Source: Verrucomicrobiaceae bacterium (GTDB taxonomy: Bacteria; Verrucomicrobiota; Verrucomicrobiia; Verrucomicrobiales; Akkermansiaceae). Taken from it: a stretch of 64,000 nucleotides of DNA. The stretch is taken from contig JBPOGH010000017.1 in the NCBI GenBank assembly GCA_051252135.1, positions 39,558 to 103,557 of the forward strand. Direction: 5' to 3'. The notes beneath the pieces are model-generated. The model was given only the letters and a program-made list of their open reading frames with translations. It made no database searches and was not told the origin of the DNA. Below, in pieces: positions 38,972 through 48,279 of the stretch; position 1 is the first letter of the stretch; the number at the start of each line of letters is the position of its first letter. The position numbers and the translations under genes were made by a program.

Positions 38972-41900
38972 ATGAAAGCCATCTTCATCGCTCTCCTCTC
39001 CCTTGGCCCCGCCACCGCCACCCCCCTCACCCTCACCAACCCCTCCGCCGAAATCAACAACGGCACCGACGCCCTCCCCGCCTCAAGCCCCCTCCTCACC
39101 GGATGGGAGGGCTCCGGCTTCCTCTCCGATGGCGATACCGACTTCGGAAACGGCCGCTGGAAGCTCGCCTTCGATGAATCAGAAAATATCGATCACCCCA
39201 CCTCCCACCAAATCGAAACCGGCTCCGCCTACTCCATCCGCTTCGATGCCGCCCTCAGCCCCGACAACTCATTCATCCCCGCCAATGCCATCGTCGGCGG
39301 CGCCCTCCTCAACGGCGACTTCAATGCCGACACCTCCGAAACAATCTCCCGCACCTTCGCCGACACCCCGCACTGGTTCAATCTCGGCGGCGACCAATCA
39401 CTCCCCGCCACCACCCTCACCGGCGGCCTCCCCGGACCCAATAACTCGCGCAATGCCGCCATCACCGACGCCGGCGACCGCCTCTTCGCCCTCGAGACCG
39501 GCTACACCCTCACCACCGGACAAGTCCTCGAACTCACCTACCAATGGCGCGACGGCCCCGGGTGGAATGACACCCTCGACCAAATCCGCGTCACCATCTT
39601 CACCACCTCGGATGACACCCCCACCGGCACCCGCAACATCCTCCAGTTCGCCCTCTCCGGCCGCTCCGTCACCGACTCCACCTACCAAACTTCCTCTCTC
39701 AGCTTCCAGCCCATCCCCGCCTCCGCCAACGGTAAAAAACTCTTCCTCCTCATCGAGGGAACCGATGGCGATGGCAACCCCGACGGCACCGCCAATCTCG
39801 ATAACCTCATCCTCTCCCTCTTCAGCCCCCTCCTCGTTGGACCCAATGTCCGTAATGGCGATTTCAATGCCGACGACTTCATCGGAGACGCCCGCACCTT
39901 CGTCCAAACCCCCTTCTGGTACAACCTCACCGGCAACCAAAACTACGAGTGCACCCGCACCAACATCCTCTTCGATGGCACCCGCTGCGCCGTCCTCCGC
40001 AACAACGGAAACCAAACCCCCATCTTCGCCAACGACACCGGATACGCCGTTCAAAGCAACGACGTCCTCACCGTCTCCTTCCGCTGGCGCGACGCCTTCA
40101 TGTGGGATGACGCCAATGACCGCGTCCAAACCTACCTCTACATCACCGATAACAACCTCGTCGATGGCACCCCCACCATCCTCCAAACCCTCACCACCCC
40201 AGCCTCCACAAACGACAACGCCTTCCAGCTCTTCACCGCCAACTTCAACCCCATCCCCGTCTCCGCCCACCGCAAACGCCTCTTCGTCGCCTTCACCTCC
40301 ACCGACAATGGCGACAACGCCGGCTACGGACGCGTCGAAAACTTCAGCCTCTCCGTAAACGACGAAAACCCTCCCATCCCCCCCACGCCTCCCCCCGCTC
40401 CCACCGGAACCCTCATCGCCGAGGCCTTCGTCGATGACAACGGCACCCCCTCAGTCATCGCCACCCGCACCTTCGAACTAAAATCAAAAAGCGTCACCGA
40501 GTGGAAGCACTACCACCTCATCGTCCCCGCCGGATCGGCCGACGCCCACGCCGGAAAAAACATCTCCATCCGCTTCCGTGGACCCAACTCGGGCGACACC
40601 TTGCTCCGCTACCTCGATAACCTCCGCCTCCACCACTACCCCGCCGACCTCCCCGATGGCTCCTTCGCCACCGATTGGGACACCTCCCCGGACCGCGTCT
40701 GGACCGGCCCCGGCTACTGGGGCAACCGCCTCCAGGACTGGGAGGTCAAAAACAACCGCGTCAACTGCTCCCTCGTCACCAAAGCCCGCCGCACCCTCCA
40801 CCGCACCGGCACCTCCATCCGCGGCAATGGCGGAGACTTCACCTTCACCGTAAACACCGGAGTCGATGCCGGCACCGCCTCCTTCAACGCCCGCACCGGC
40901 TTCCTCATCGGCGCCGGACCCAGCCTCGACTGGCGCGCCTCCCTCCTCGTTCACGATGGCCTCGGCCGGGACTTCGGCACCTTCCTCGGCCTCGATAACA
41001 ACGGAAAAGCCATCATCGAAGACCTCTCACAAGGAGCCATCAGCCCCGTCGCCGAAGGCGCAAACCCCGGCTCCTTCCCCGCCACCGCCTCCCTCACCCT
41101 CACCGGAACCTACGATCACAACACCGGTGACTACACCCTCACCATCCAATCCAAAGGAGCCTCCGGAAACCTCATCTCCCAAGCCTCCGTCGACGTCCCC
41201 TCGGATCGCGTCCTCGGCTCCTTCGGCCTCCTCTCCAACCGGGGAAATAACAACACCGCCTTCTGGTTCGATGACTTCACCGGCACCGGCACCGCCCTCC
41301 AACCCGAGCCCGACCGCTCCCTCGCCATCATCGGCTCCCTCTACACCCTCAACCGCGGCACCCTCAAAATCTCCGCACACCTCCCGCCCGTAGACCTCGC
41401 CACCACCCCGCCCCTCACCCTCGAGATCGAAAAGAACGGCACCTGGACCCAAATCGCCACCGCCCCCATCGACAACACCGATAACCTCTCCTCCTACACC
41501 GCCACCTTCACCATCCCCAACTGGGATGACTCCCAAGACACCCCCTACCGCCTCAGCACCCAAGCCGATGGCGACACCTACCGCTGGCAAGGCACCATCC
41601 GCAAAAACCCCACCGATAAGGACGAGATCGTCGTCATCAACACCTCCTGCCAACGCCTCGCCGATGGCAGCCTCGAGTCCGACGCCATCGACTGGACACC
41701 CGTCAAAATCTGGCACCCGCACACCCTCGCCTTCACCCACATCACCAAGCACAACCCCGATGTCCTCCTCGCCCTCGGTGATCAAATCTACGAAGGACAA
41801 CCCACCTCCAAGGACACCTCGTCCGACTTCAACCGCCACCACGACTACCTCTACAAATGGCACCTCTGGCTCCTTGAAGCCCGTGACCTCTCCAAAGACC

Positions 41901-43792
41901 TCCCCACCATCTCCATCCCCGATGATCACGACATCTACCAGGGCAACCTCTGGGGCGCAGGCGGCATCTTCACCACGGACCAGACCACCGGCGGCTACGA
42001 ACAACCCGCACCCTGGGTCCGCCTCGTCGAGCGCACCCAGACCAGCCACATGCCCGCCCCCGATCCCTACAACCCCACCCAACCCGCACCAACCGTCGCC
42101 CGGGACATCAAGGTCTACTTCACTGAATTGACCTACGGACAGGTCGGCTTCGCCGTCCTCGAAGATCGCAAATTCAAAACCGGCCCCACCAACGCACCCT
42201 CCGATCCCGACCAACAATTCCTCCTCGGCCAACGCCAAAAGGATTTCCTCAAAGCCTGGTCCACCGACTGGACCGGCCAACAAATCAAATGCGTCGTCTC
42301 CCAATCCCCCTTCGGCATGATCCACACCCACGCCTCCGAGGGATACAGCTACTACCTCAATGACCGCGACACCCACGGCTGGCCCGTCCACCGCCGCAAC
42401 GAAGCCTGGGAACTCCTCCGCCTCTCCCGCTCCTTCCAGCTCTCCGGAGACCAACACATCGGCACCCTCGTCCATCATGGCGTCGATGGCCCCGCGGACG
42501 CCGGATACTCCTTCACCTCCCCCGCCCTCTCCAACTTCTTCCCCCGCGCCTGGGACCCCGTCCACAACAAACCCGGCCGCACCGAAACCGTCTCCCCCTA
42601 CACCGGTGACTTCTACCTCGATGGCAACGGCACCCTCCCCTCCGGACAACCCAACCTCACCTCCGTCTTCCCCCACCACCTCCGCGTCGTCGGTGCCGCC
42701 AACCCGCTCGAATACTACGATCAAACCCGCGGCATCAACCCCGAAAACTTGCACGACCGCGGAGCCGGCTACGGCGTCATCCGCATCGCCAAGACCTCCC
42801 GCCAAATCACCTTCGAAGCCTGGCCCCTCCACGCCGACCCCGAATTCCCCGCCACCGGATCACAATTCCCCGACTGGCCCGTCACCATCAACCAAACCGA
42901 TAACGACGGCCGCCAACCCACCGGCTTCCTCCCCCTCATCGACACCCTCTCCCAAAAAGATCCCGTCGTCTCCGTCTATGACGAATCAACCGGTGACCTC
43001 CTCTACTCCATGCGCTTCCCCGGTAGCCTCGTCCGTCTTCCGGTCTATGACAATTCTCGTACTTACCGCGTCGAGATCTCCTACGGAGATGACCCCGTTT
43101 CGGAAGTCCGCACCAACCAATCCGGAACTCTCCCGCAGACCGTGGGCATCAACTCCTTTGGCGCGCTTCATCCCTCCATCATTTCGGGAGAATCCACCAC
43201 CCTCCAGTGGAACGTCGACTCCCCAACCCTTCTGACCATTGATCACGGGATCGGGGACGTCAAAAATCACACCGTTAACGGAATCGGACATCTCAAGGTC
43301 TCACCAACTCAGGACACGACTTACACCCTCACCTTCAATGGAGGCCTAACCGCCAGAACTCAAATCCTTGTTTTCCCAACTCAGACCGTGTGGCTCGGAA
43401 ACCACTTCAATCTCACCGAACTGGGCGACCCCGCCATCTCTGGAAACGACGCCGACCCGGATGGCGACGGCATCTCAAACGAAGAGGAATATCGCTTCCA
43501 AACCGATCCCCGGAATCCCAACTCCTTCCCTCAATACACTGCGGAGATCGAAAGCGGGAACGGCCTCATCAACTTCGAGTTCAACTCCCCCTTCCCCCTT
43601 CAATCTGAACACTGCACCCTCCGTGTCCAAACCTCCCCCGATCTCCAATCCTGGACCACCCTCGGATCAAACACCTACCGCGAACTCGAGCGCACCAACC
43701 CCGGAACCAGCACCACCCGCATCACCATCCGCCTCACCGAAGACCCCGCCGGCACCCAAAGGAAATTCTACCGCGCCACCTGGGCCCCCTGA
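38972..43792 (+). CDS. Large secreted PhoD-family metallophosphatase
   Basis: Signal peptide; GDQIYE, PDDHD, DR.F and SGDQH motifs; C-terminal S.DL..W...FYR domain. Confidence 0.88.
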   Translation: MKAIFIALLSLGPATATPLTLTNPSAEINNGTDALPASSPLLTGWEGSGFLSDGDTDFGNGRWKLAFDESENIDHPTSHQIETGSAYSIRFDAALSPDNSFIPANAIVGGALLNGDFNADTSETISRTFADTPHWFNLGGDQSLPATTLTGGLPGPNNSRNAAITDAGDRLFALETGYTLTTGQVLELTYQWRDGPGWNDTLDQIRVTIFTTSDDTPTGTRNILQFALSGRSVTDSTYQTSSLSFQPIPASANGKKLFLLIEGTDGDGNPDGTANLDNLILSLFSPLLVGPNVRNGDFNADDFIGDARTFVQTPFWYNLTGNQNYECTRTNILFDGTRCAVLRNNGNQTPIFANDTGYAVQSNDVLTVSFRWRDAFMWDDANDRVQTYLYITDNNLVDGTPTILQTLTTPASTNDNAFQLFTANFNPIPVSAHRKRLFVAFTSTDNGDNAGYGRVENFSLSVNDENPPIPPTPPPAPTGTLIAEAFVDDNGTPSVIATRTFELKSKSVTEWKHYHLIVPAGSADAHAGKNISIRFRGPNSGDTLLRYLDNLRLHHYPADLPDGSFATDWDTSPDRVWTGPGYWGNRLQDWEVKNNRVNCSLVTKARRTLHRTGTSIRGNGGDFTFTVNTGVDAGTASFNARTGFLIGAGPSLDWRASLLVHDGLGRDFGTFLGLDNNGKAIIEDLSQGAISPVAEGANPGSFPATASLTLTGTYDHNTGDYTLTIQSKGASGNLISQASVDVPSDRVLGSFGLLSNRGNNNTAFWFDDFTGTGTALQPEPDRSLAIIGSLYTLNRGTLKISAHLPPVDLATTPPLTLEIEKNGTWTQIATAPIDNTDNLSSYTATFTIPNWDDSQDTPYRLSTQADGDTYRWQGTIRKNPTDKDEIVVINTSCQRLADGSLESDAIDWTPVKIWHPHTLAFTHITKHNPDVLLALGDQIYEGQPTSKDTSSDFNRHHDYLYKWHLWLLEARDLSKDLPTISIPDDHDIYQGNLWGAGGIFTTDQTTGGYEQPAPWVRLVERTQTSHMPAPDPYNPTQPAPTVARDIKVYFTELTYGQVGFAVLEDRKFKTGPTNAPSDPDQQFLLGQRQKDFLKAWSTDWTGQQIKCVVSQSPFGMIHTHASEGYSYYLNDRDTHGWPVHRRNEAWELLRLSRSFQLSGDQHIGTLVHHGVDGPADAGYSFTSPALSNFFPRAWDPVHNKPGRTETVSPYTGDFYLDGNGTLPSGQPNLTSVFPHHLRVVGAANPLEYYDQTRGINPENLHDRGAGYGVIRIAKTSRQITFEAWPLHADPEFPATGSQFPDWPVTINQTDNDGRQPTGFLPLIDTLSQKDPVVSVYDESTGDLLYSMRFPGSLVRLPVYDNSRTYRVEISYGDDPVSEVRTNQSGTLPQTVGINSFGALHPSIISGESTTLQWNVDSPTLLTIDHGIGDVKNHTVNGIGHLKVSPTQDTTYTLTFNGGLTARTQILVFPTQTVWLGNHFNLTELGDPAISGNDADPDGDGISNEEEYRFQTDPRNPNSFPQYTAEIESGNGLINFEFNSPFPLQSEHCTLRVQTSPDLQSWTTLGSNTYRELERTNPGTSTTRITIRLTEDPAGTQRKFYRATWAP

Positions 43793-44301
43793 GTCGAACA
43801 GGCACCCGGCTCCAGATAAGCCATCCCAACAAGATCGTCATACTCCCCATCAATAAAACGCCCCCTGCGCTTCCTCCCCTCCTCTCGAAACCCCGCGCTC
43901 TCATACAGCTTGATCGCCGGTTCATTGGACGCAAAGACCTCCAGCTCAATCCTCTCCAATCCCGCGCCCAAAGCATCCGCCATCGTCGCCTCCAACAGCT
44001 TCCTCCCCAATCCCTGCCCGCGAAATCCCGGAATAACCCCCATCCCCAAATGCCCCGAATGGGTCAACCCCTCCATCTCCTCTCTGCAAATATCACACCA
44101 TCCCACCACCTCACCGTCACTCAACGCATAAAACTGACTCCATCCCTTCTCGACAACTTCCGCGATGAACTTCTCCGTCACTTTAAACTCGGGAACCACC
44201 GTGGTGAGCAAATACCTCCGCTCCCGCGCAATCGCATCAAGAGCCACCCAATAGCCTCTCGCATTCTCCAAAGTAGCTCGCTCGATCACCACACTCATCA
44301 T
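43768..44301 (-). CDS. GNAT family N-acetyltransferase
   Basis: LGMGV....RGQGLG, LEVFASN..AI.LY...GF..EG; start MMSVV. Confidence 0.9.
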   Translation of the reverse strand: MMSVVIERATLENARGYWVALDAIARERRYLLTTVVPEFKVTEKFIAEVVEKGWSQFYALSDGEVVGWCDICREEMEGLTHSGHLGMGVIPGFRGQGLGRKLLEATMADALGAGLERIELEVFASNEPAIKLYESAGFREEGRKRRGRFIDGEYDDLVGMAYLEPGACSTQGAQVAR

Positions 44302-44311
44302 TCGTAACCCC

Positions 44312-44827
44312 TTACCGGGAACGCTCCTCCTTCGACTCCCCACCCTGTGCCTTCTCCTCTTTCACCAGTTGCTCCTCCACCAGACTCCCCCATGTGTTCA
44401 ACAACTTGAGATGGATCTGCTCGTCATCTGTCCGGGAAGCCGCAAACACCCTCAACCCCTCCTGATCGCCCCAGGGAACGATATGCCATCCCTCCCCGTC
44501 CTTCACATAGATGATAGGGTCGTAGTCCACCGTCCCGGATTTCGCTTCGATTCTAAGAAGAGTCGCGCCCAGATTCCCAATGACCAACTCCTTCCCGACA
44601 TGGGAAATCTCAACCTGCCCCGACTCAATCGCACCCGCAGCACCCTTAATCCCCTCAAGCATCGCCGCCTTCTGCCCCACCGCCGCTCCCGACCACAAGG
44701 TCTCCTCCACCCCAACAAAATCACCCTTCACCGCCGAGGACACAAACTTGTTCCCGATCTCGGTCAAAACCCCTGCCATCAATTGGGAGGTGCACAACAG
44801 GGCCGCAAAAAGAATGGAGAATTTCAT
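44312..44827 (-). CDS. Hypothetical secreted protein
   Basis: Signal peptide after MKFSIL. Confidence 0.7.
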   Translation of the reverse strand: MKFSILFAALLCTSQLMAGVLTEIGNKFVSSAVKGDFVGVEETLWSGAAVGQKAAMLEGIKGAAGAIESGQVEISHVGKELVIGNLGATLLRIEAKSGTVDYDPIIYVKDGEGWHIVPWGDQEGLRVFAASRTDDEQIHLKLLNTWGSLVEEQLVKEEKAQGGESKEERSR

Positions 44828-44894
44828 GTGTTGAGTGCCTCGTATCAGCGAAGGCTTTGGTGCTGAACAAAAATCGCTCACGTCGGATCGGAGT

Positions 44895-45296
44895 TCAACT
44901 GTTCGAATGCAGCCCGACCATGTTCCCCTCACTGTCGGAAACCAGCGAGATGAATCCATACTCCCCGATCGAAAACTTCGACTTAATCACCTGCCCTCCC
45001 GCTTCCTTCGCCCGCGCCTCGTCATCAGCACAATCGACGCAGGAAAAGTAAACCAAAGTGCCCCCACCCCCCGGATTCACCCCTTCCATTCTCACCAAAG
45101 CCCCACACGCACCCGGAAGCTCGCCACCACATCCCTCGGGCGAGGTCATTGGAAAGGCATACATCTGCAGTTCCGAATCCGGTGATGCAATTTCTTCCAG
45201 TTTCGTATCAAGCATCGCCTCGTAGAATCCTATCGCCCGCTCCATGTCCGAAACATAAATCTCAAACCATCCTACCGGATTTCGTTCTTTGTTCAT
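44895..45296 (-). CDS. VOC family (glyoxalase/bleomycin resistance) protein
   Basis: WFEIYV.D..RA..FY; DSEGNMVGLHS. Confidence 0.92.
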   Translation of the reverse strand: MNKERNPVGWFEIYVSDMERAIGFYEAMLDTKLEEIASPDSELQMYAFPMTSPEGCGGELPGACGALVRMEGVNPGGGGTLVYFSCVDCADDEARAKEAGGQVIKSKFSIGEYGFISLVSDSEGNMVGLHSNS

Positions 45297-45433
45297 CAGT
45301 TTTTGTCGTGAGTATTTTCAATAGGAAAACAGATATCCATCCACCTCTCTCCCCTTCTCAAGCAACAAACACCCTACCGATTCCGGGAATCCCCTGTCAA
45401 GAGACAAGGTCCCATCCCCCTCTCGCAGGGAAT

Positions 45434-45467
45434 AAAAAAAAGCGCCCCCGGATTCCCGAAGACGCTT
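45434..45467 (-). terminator. Intrinsic terminator of pnp
   Basis: Minus strand AAGCGTCTTCGG...CCGGGGGCGCTT followed by a T run. Confidence 0.7.
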
Positions 45468-45491
45468 GGTAATTTTTAGTGCCGGTTCGAC

Positions 45492-47687
45492 TTAGCCGAA
45501 GGTCACAACCTCTTCCTCACTGGGAGGAATGTCGTCACCACCGTTGCCCTTGGGCTTGCTGTCCTCGTTGCCACCGCCACCGCCGCCTTCACGGAGGTGC
45601 GCGCGCACGGACATCTTCACCCGGCCCTTGTCATCCACTCCGATGCACTTGGCGGTGATGGTGTCACCCTTCTTGACCACGTCTTCCACTTGGTTGACCC
45701 GGCCTTCGGCAAGCTCGGAAATATGAACGAGACCGTCCTTACCGGGAAGCACTTCCATGAAGGCTCCAAAGGTCGTGACGTTCATCACTTTACCGGTGTA
45801 GGTCTTACCGACCTCCACTTCAGCAAACATCATGTCGATCATGTTCTTGGCCGCGTTCAGACCTTCCATCTTCGCAGCGTAGATGTGGACCGTGCCGTCA
45901 TCTTCGATGTTGATGTCAGCGCCGGACTCAGCCTGGATCGCCTTGATGTTCTTTCCGCCTGGCCCAATGAGCTCGCCGATACGATCAGGATCAATCTTAA
46001 CGGTCTCAATCCGGGGAGCGTGCTCGGAAAGCTCGCCAGGTCCGGTAATGGACTCGGCCATCTTGTCGAGGACCTTGGCACGACCTTCGATCGCGAGATC
46101 GATGCCTTCTTCGAGAATCGAAAGAGGAATCCCGGGAAGCTTGAGGTCAAGCTGGTAACCGGTCACCCCTTCGCTGGTGCCACAGAGTTTGAAGTCCATG
46201 TCACCGTAGAAGTCCTCGGAACCAATGATGTCGAGAATGACAACGTGCTTGGTCATGTTTCCATCGGCATCTTGCTCGGTCACCAGACCGGAGGAGATAC
46301 CCGCTACCGGGCGGATCATGGGAACACCGGCATCAAGAAGTGCCATCGTGCCCGCACATACGGTCGCCATCGAAGTCGAACCATTGGACTCCATCACCTC
46401 GGAAGAGATACGCATGGAGTAAGGGAAGTCCTCGGTGGATGGAAGCATCGGAGCGATCGAACGCTCGGCAAGTGCTCCGTGACCAATCTCACGACGGTTC
46501 ATGCCGCCGAAACGACCGGTCTCACCAACCGAAAACGGCGGGAAGTTGTAGTGAAGGAAGAAGTTCTTCGAATCTTCACCACCGGCATAGTTGTCGACGT
46601 AGAGTTTCTCGTCGGCTGGTGCGAGGGTGCAAATTCCAAGAGCCTGGGTCTCACCACGGGAGAAGATCGCGGAACCGTGCACACGGGGCAGGGTGCCGAC
46701 TTCTCCGTAAAGCTCGCGGAGGTCGCGAAGGCCACGACCGTCTGCACGGACCCCTTTTTCCATGATGGAAAGACGGAAGGCCTTCTTCTGAATGTATTCA
46801 AAGACCTGCTCGATCTCAAACTCGGACGTCTGGGGGAACTTCTCCTTGATGGCAGCTTCCACTTCGTCACGAAGGGCCCCCACTTTCTTGCCGCGCTCCA
46901 CTTTGGAAGCAGCGTAGATCGCATCTTCGATACGATCACCGGCAACGGCGTAACCAATCTCAAGGAGGTCCTCCTTGGCCACGGTCACCACGTAGTCACG
47001 CTTGGGCTTGCCGGCGAGCTTCACCAGCTCCTCCTGGGCTTCGACAATCTGCGCCACGGCAGCTTGGGCGAAGTGAAGGGACTTCTTGAACTCGGCATCG
47101 GGAATCTCGTTGGCAGCACCTTCGATCATGATCACGTCGGTCTTGTTGCCAACATAGATGAGATCAAGGTCGGAATCTTCACGCTGCTCAAAAGTCGGGT
47201 TGATGAGGAACTCACCATCCACACGACCCACACGCACCGCACCGATTGGGCCGGCAAATGGAATGTCGGAAATCGCAAGAGCGGCGGACGCGCCGTTCAT
47301 CGCAAGAATGTCGGCATCGTTCACCTGATCGGCACTCAGAAGAAGAGCAATGATCTGGGTGTCGTAGAGGTAACCTTTCGGGAAGAGCGGACGCAGTGGG
47401 CGGTCCGTCATGCGGCAGGTGAGAATCTCTTTCTCGGTAGGGCGACCTTCACGCTTGAAGTATCCACCGGGGAAAGTTCCGGCTGCGGAAGCACGCTCTT
47501 TGTATTCAACCGAAAGGGGGAACCAGGTCTGGCCCTCACGGATTTTCGTTTGTGACACAGCACTAACCATTACGATGGTTTCACCCATCTGGACGGTCAC
47601 TGCTCCGTCGGCCAACTTGGCCAGTTTTCCGGTCTCGATGACCAGTGGACTCGGCCCAACATTGGCCGTTACATTTTGTATACTCAT
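45492..47687 (-). CDS. pnp: Polyribonucleotide nucleotidyltransferase
   Basis: RNase PH domains (RREIGHG.LAER, ESNGSTSMA, GDMDFK), KH (IGPGGK) and S1; start MSIQN. Confidence 0.98.
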   Translation of the reverse strand: MSIQNVTANVGPSPLVIETGKLAKLADGAVTVQMGETIVMVSAVSQTKIREGQTWFPLSVEYKERASAAGTFPGGYFKREGRPTEKEILTCRMTDRPLRPLFPKGYLYDTQIIALLLSADQVNDADILAMNGASAALAISDIPFAGPIGAVRVGRVDGEFLINPTFEQREDSDLDLIYVGNKTDVIMIEGAANEIPDAEFKKSLHFAQAAVAQIVEAQEELVKLAGKPKRDYVVTVAKEDLLEIGYAVAGDRIEDAIYAASKVERGKKVGALRDEVEAAIKEKFPQTSEFEIEQVFEYIQKKAFRLSIMEKGVRADGRGLRDLRELYGEVGTLPRVHGSAIFSRGETQALGICTLAPADEKLYVDNYAGGEDSKNFFLHYNFPPFSVGETGRFGGMNRREIGHGALAERSIAPMLPSTEDFPYSMRISSEVMESNGSTSMATVCAGTMALLDAGVPMIRPVAGISSGLVTEQDADGNMTKHVVILDIIGSEDFYGDMDFKLCGTSEGVTGYQLDLKLPGIPLSILEEGIDLAIEGRAKVLDKMAESITGPGELSEHAPRIETVKIDPDRIGELIGPGGKNIKAIQAESGADINIEDDGTVHIYAAKMEGLNAAKNMIDMMFAEVEVGKTYTGKVMNVTTFGAFMEVLPGKDGLVHISELAEGRVNQVEDVVKKGDTITAKCIGVDDKGRVKMSVRAHLREGGGGGGNEDSKPKGNGGDDIPPSEEEVVTFG

Positions 47688-47813
47688 TGTCTTTTTTTGT
47701 GGATCACCCGGGACCCTCCCGGACGATTTTGTTGAAATGGTGACCTGATCCCGTTCTTTATTTGGGTGGGACCAATCACCGCAAAAGCCATCCACTGGGA
47801 TGGCTTCTTAAGC

Positions 47814-47845
47814 AAAACGGCCACGATGGGTTCCACCGTGGCCGT
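47814..47845 (-). terminator. Terminator/attenuator after rpsO
   Basis: Minus strand ACGGCCACGGTGG-AAC-CCATCGTGGCCGT followed by TTT. Confidence 0.7.
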
Positions 47846-47858
47846 CTTACAAAATTGA

Positions 47859-48116
47859 TTAGCGACGCAAGTTGAGCGCCTTGAGCACCTTCTGGTAGCG
47901 CTCCTCCGACTTACTCTTGAGATAATCAAGAAGCTTGCGGCGACGCGCCACAAGACGGAGAAGTCCGCGACGTGAGGCGAAGTCTTTCTTGTGCTCACCC
48001 ATGTGATCGGTGAGATGCTTAATACGCTGGGTCATCAGCGCGATCTGGAAGTCTGCACTTCCCGTGTCTTTCTCGTTTTGCTTGAAGTCAGCAAGGTTGA
48101 TTCCGTAGTCGTTCAT
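47859..48116 (-). CDS. rpsO: 30S ribosomal protein S15
   Basis: DTGS...QIA..T.RI..LT.H...H.KD..SRRGL; start MNDY. Confidence 0.97.
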   Translation of the reverse strand: MNDYGINLADFKQNEKDTGSADFQIALMTQRIKHLTDHMGEHKKDFASRRGLLRLVARRRKLLDYLKSKSEERYQKVLKALNLRR

Positions 48117-48279
48117 TTCGGTATTAATCGGGATAGGCCCAGCCCTTCTTGAGCCAAACCGTCCTTCGTCGGGCGCGGAATAGACCATAAAACCACAGAA
48201 CTCAACCTTTTTCGCTCAAAGCATCCCTCAAAAAACGCCACATTTTCCCTGTTGCGATTGGAGAAGGAAAAAGCGATGA

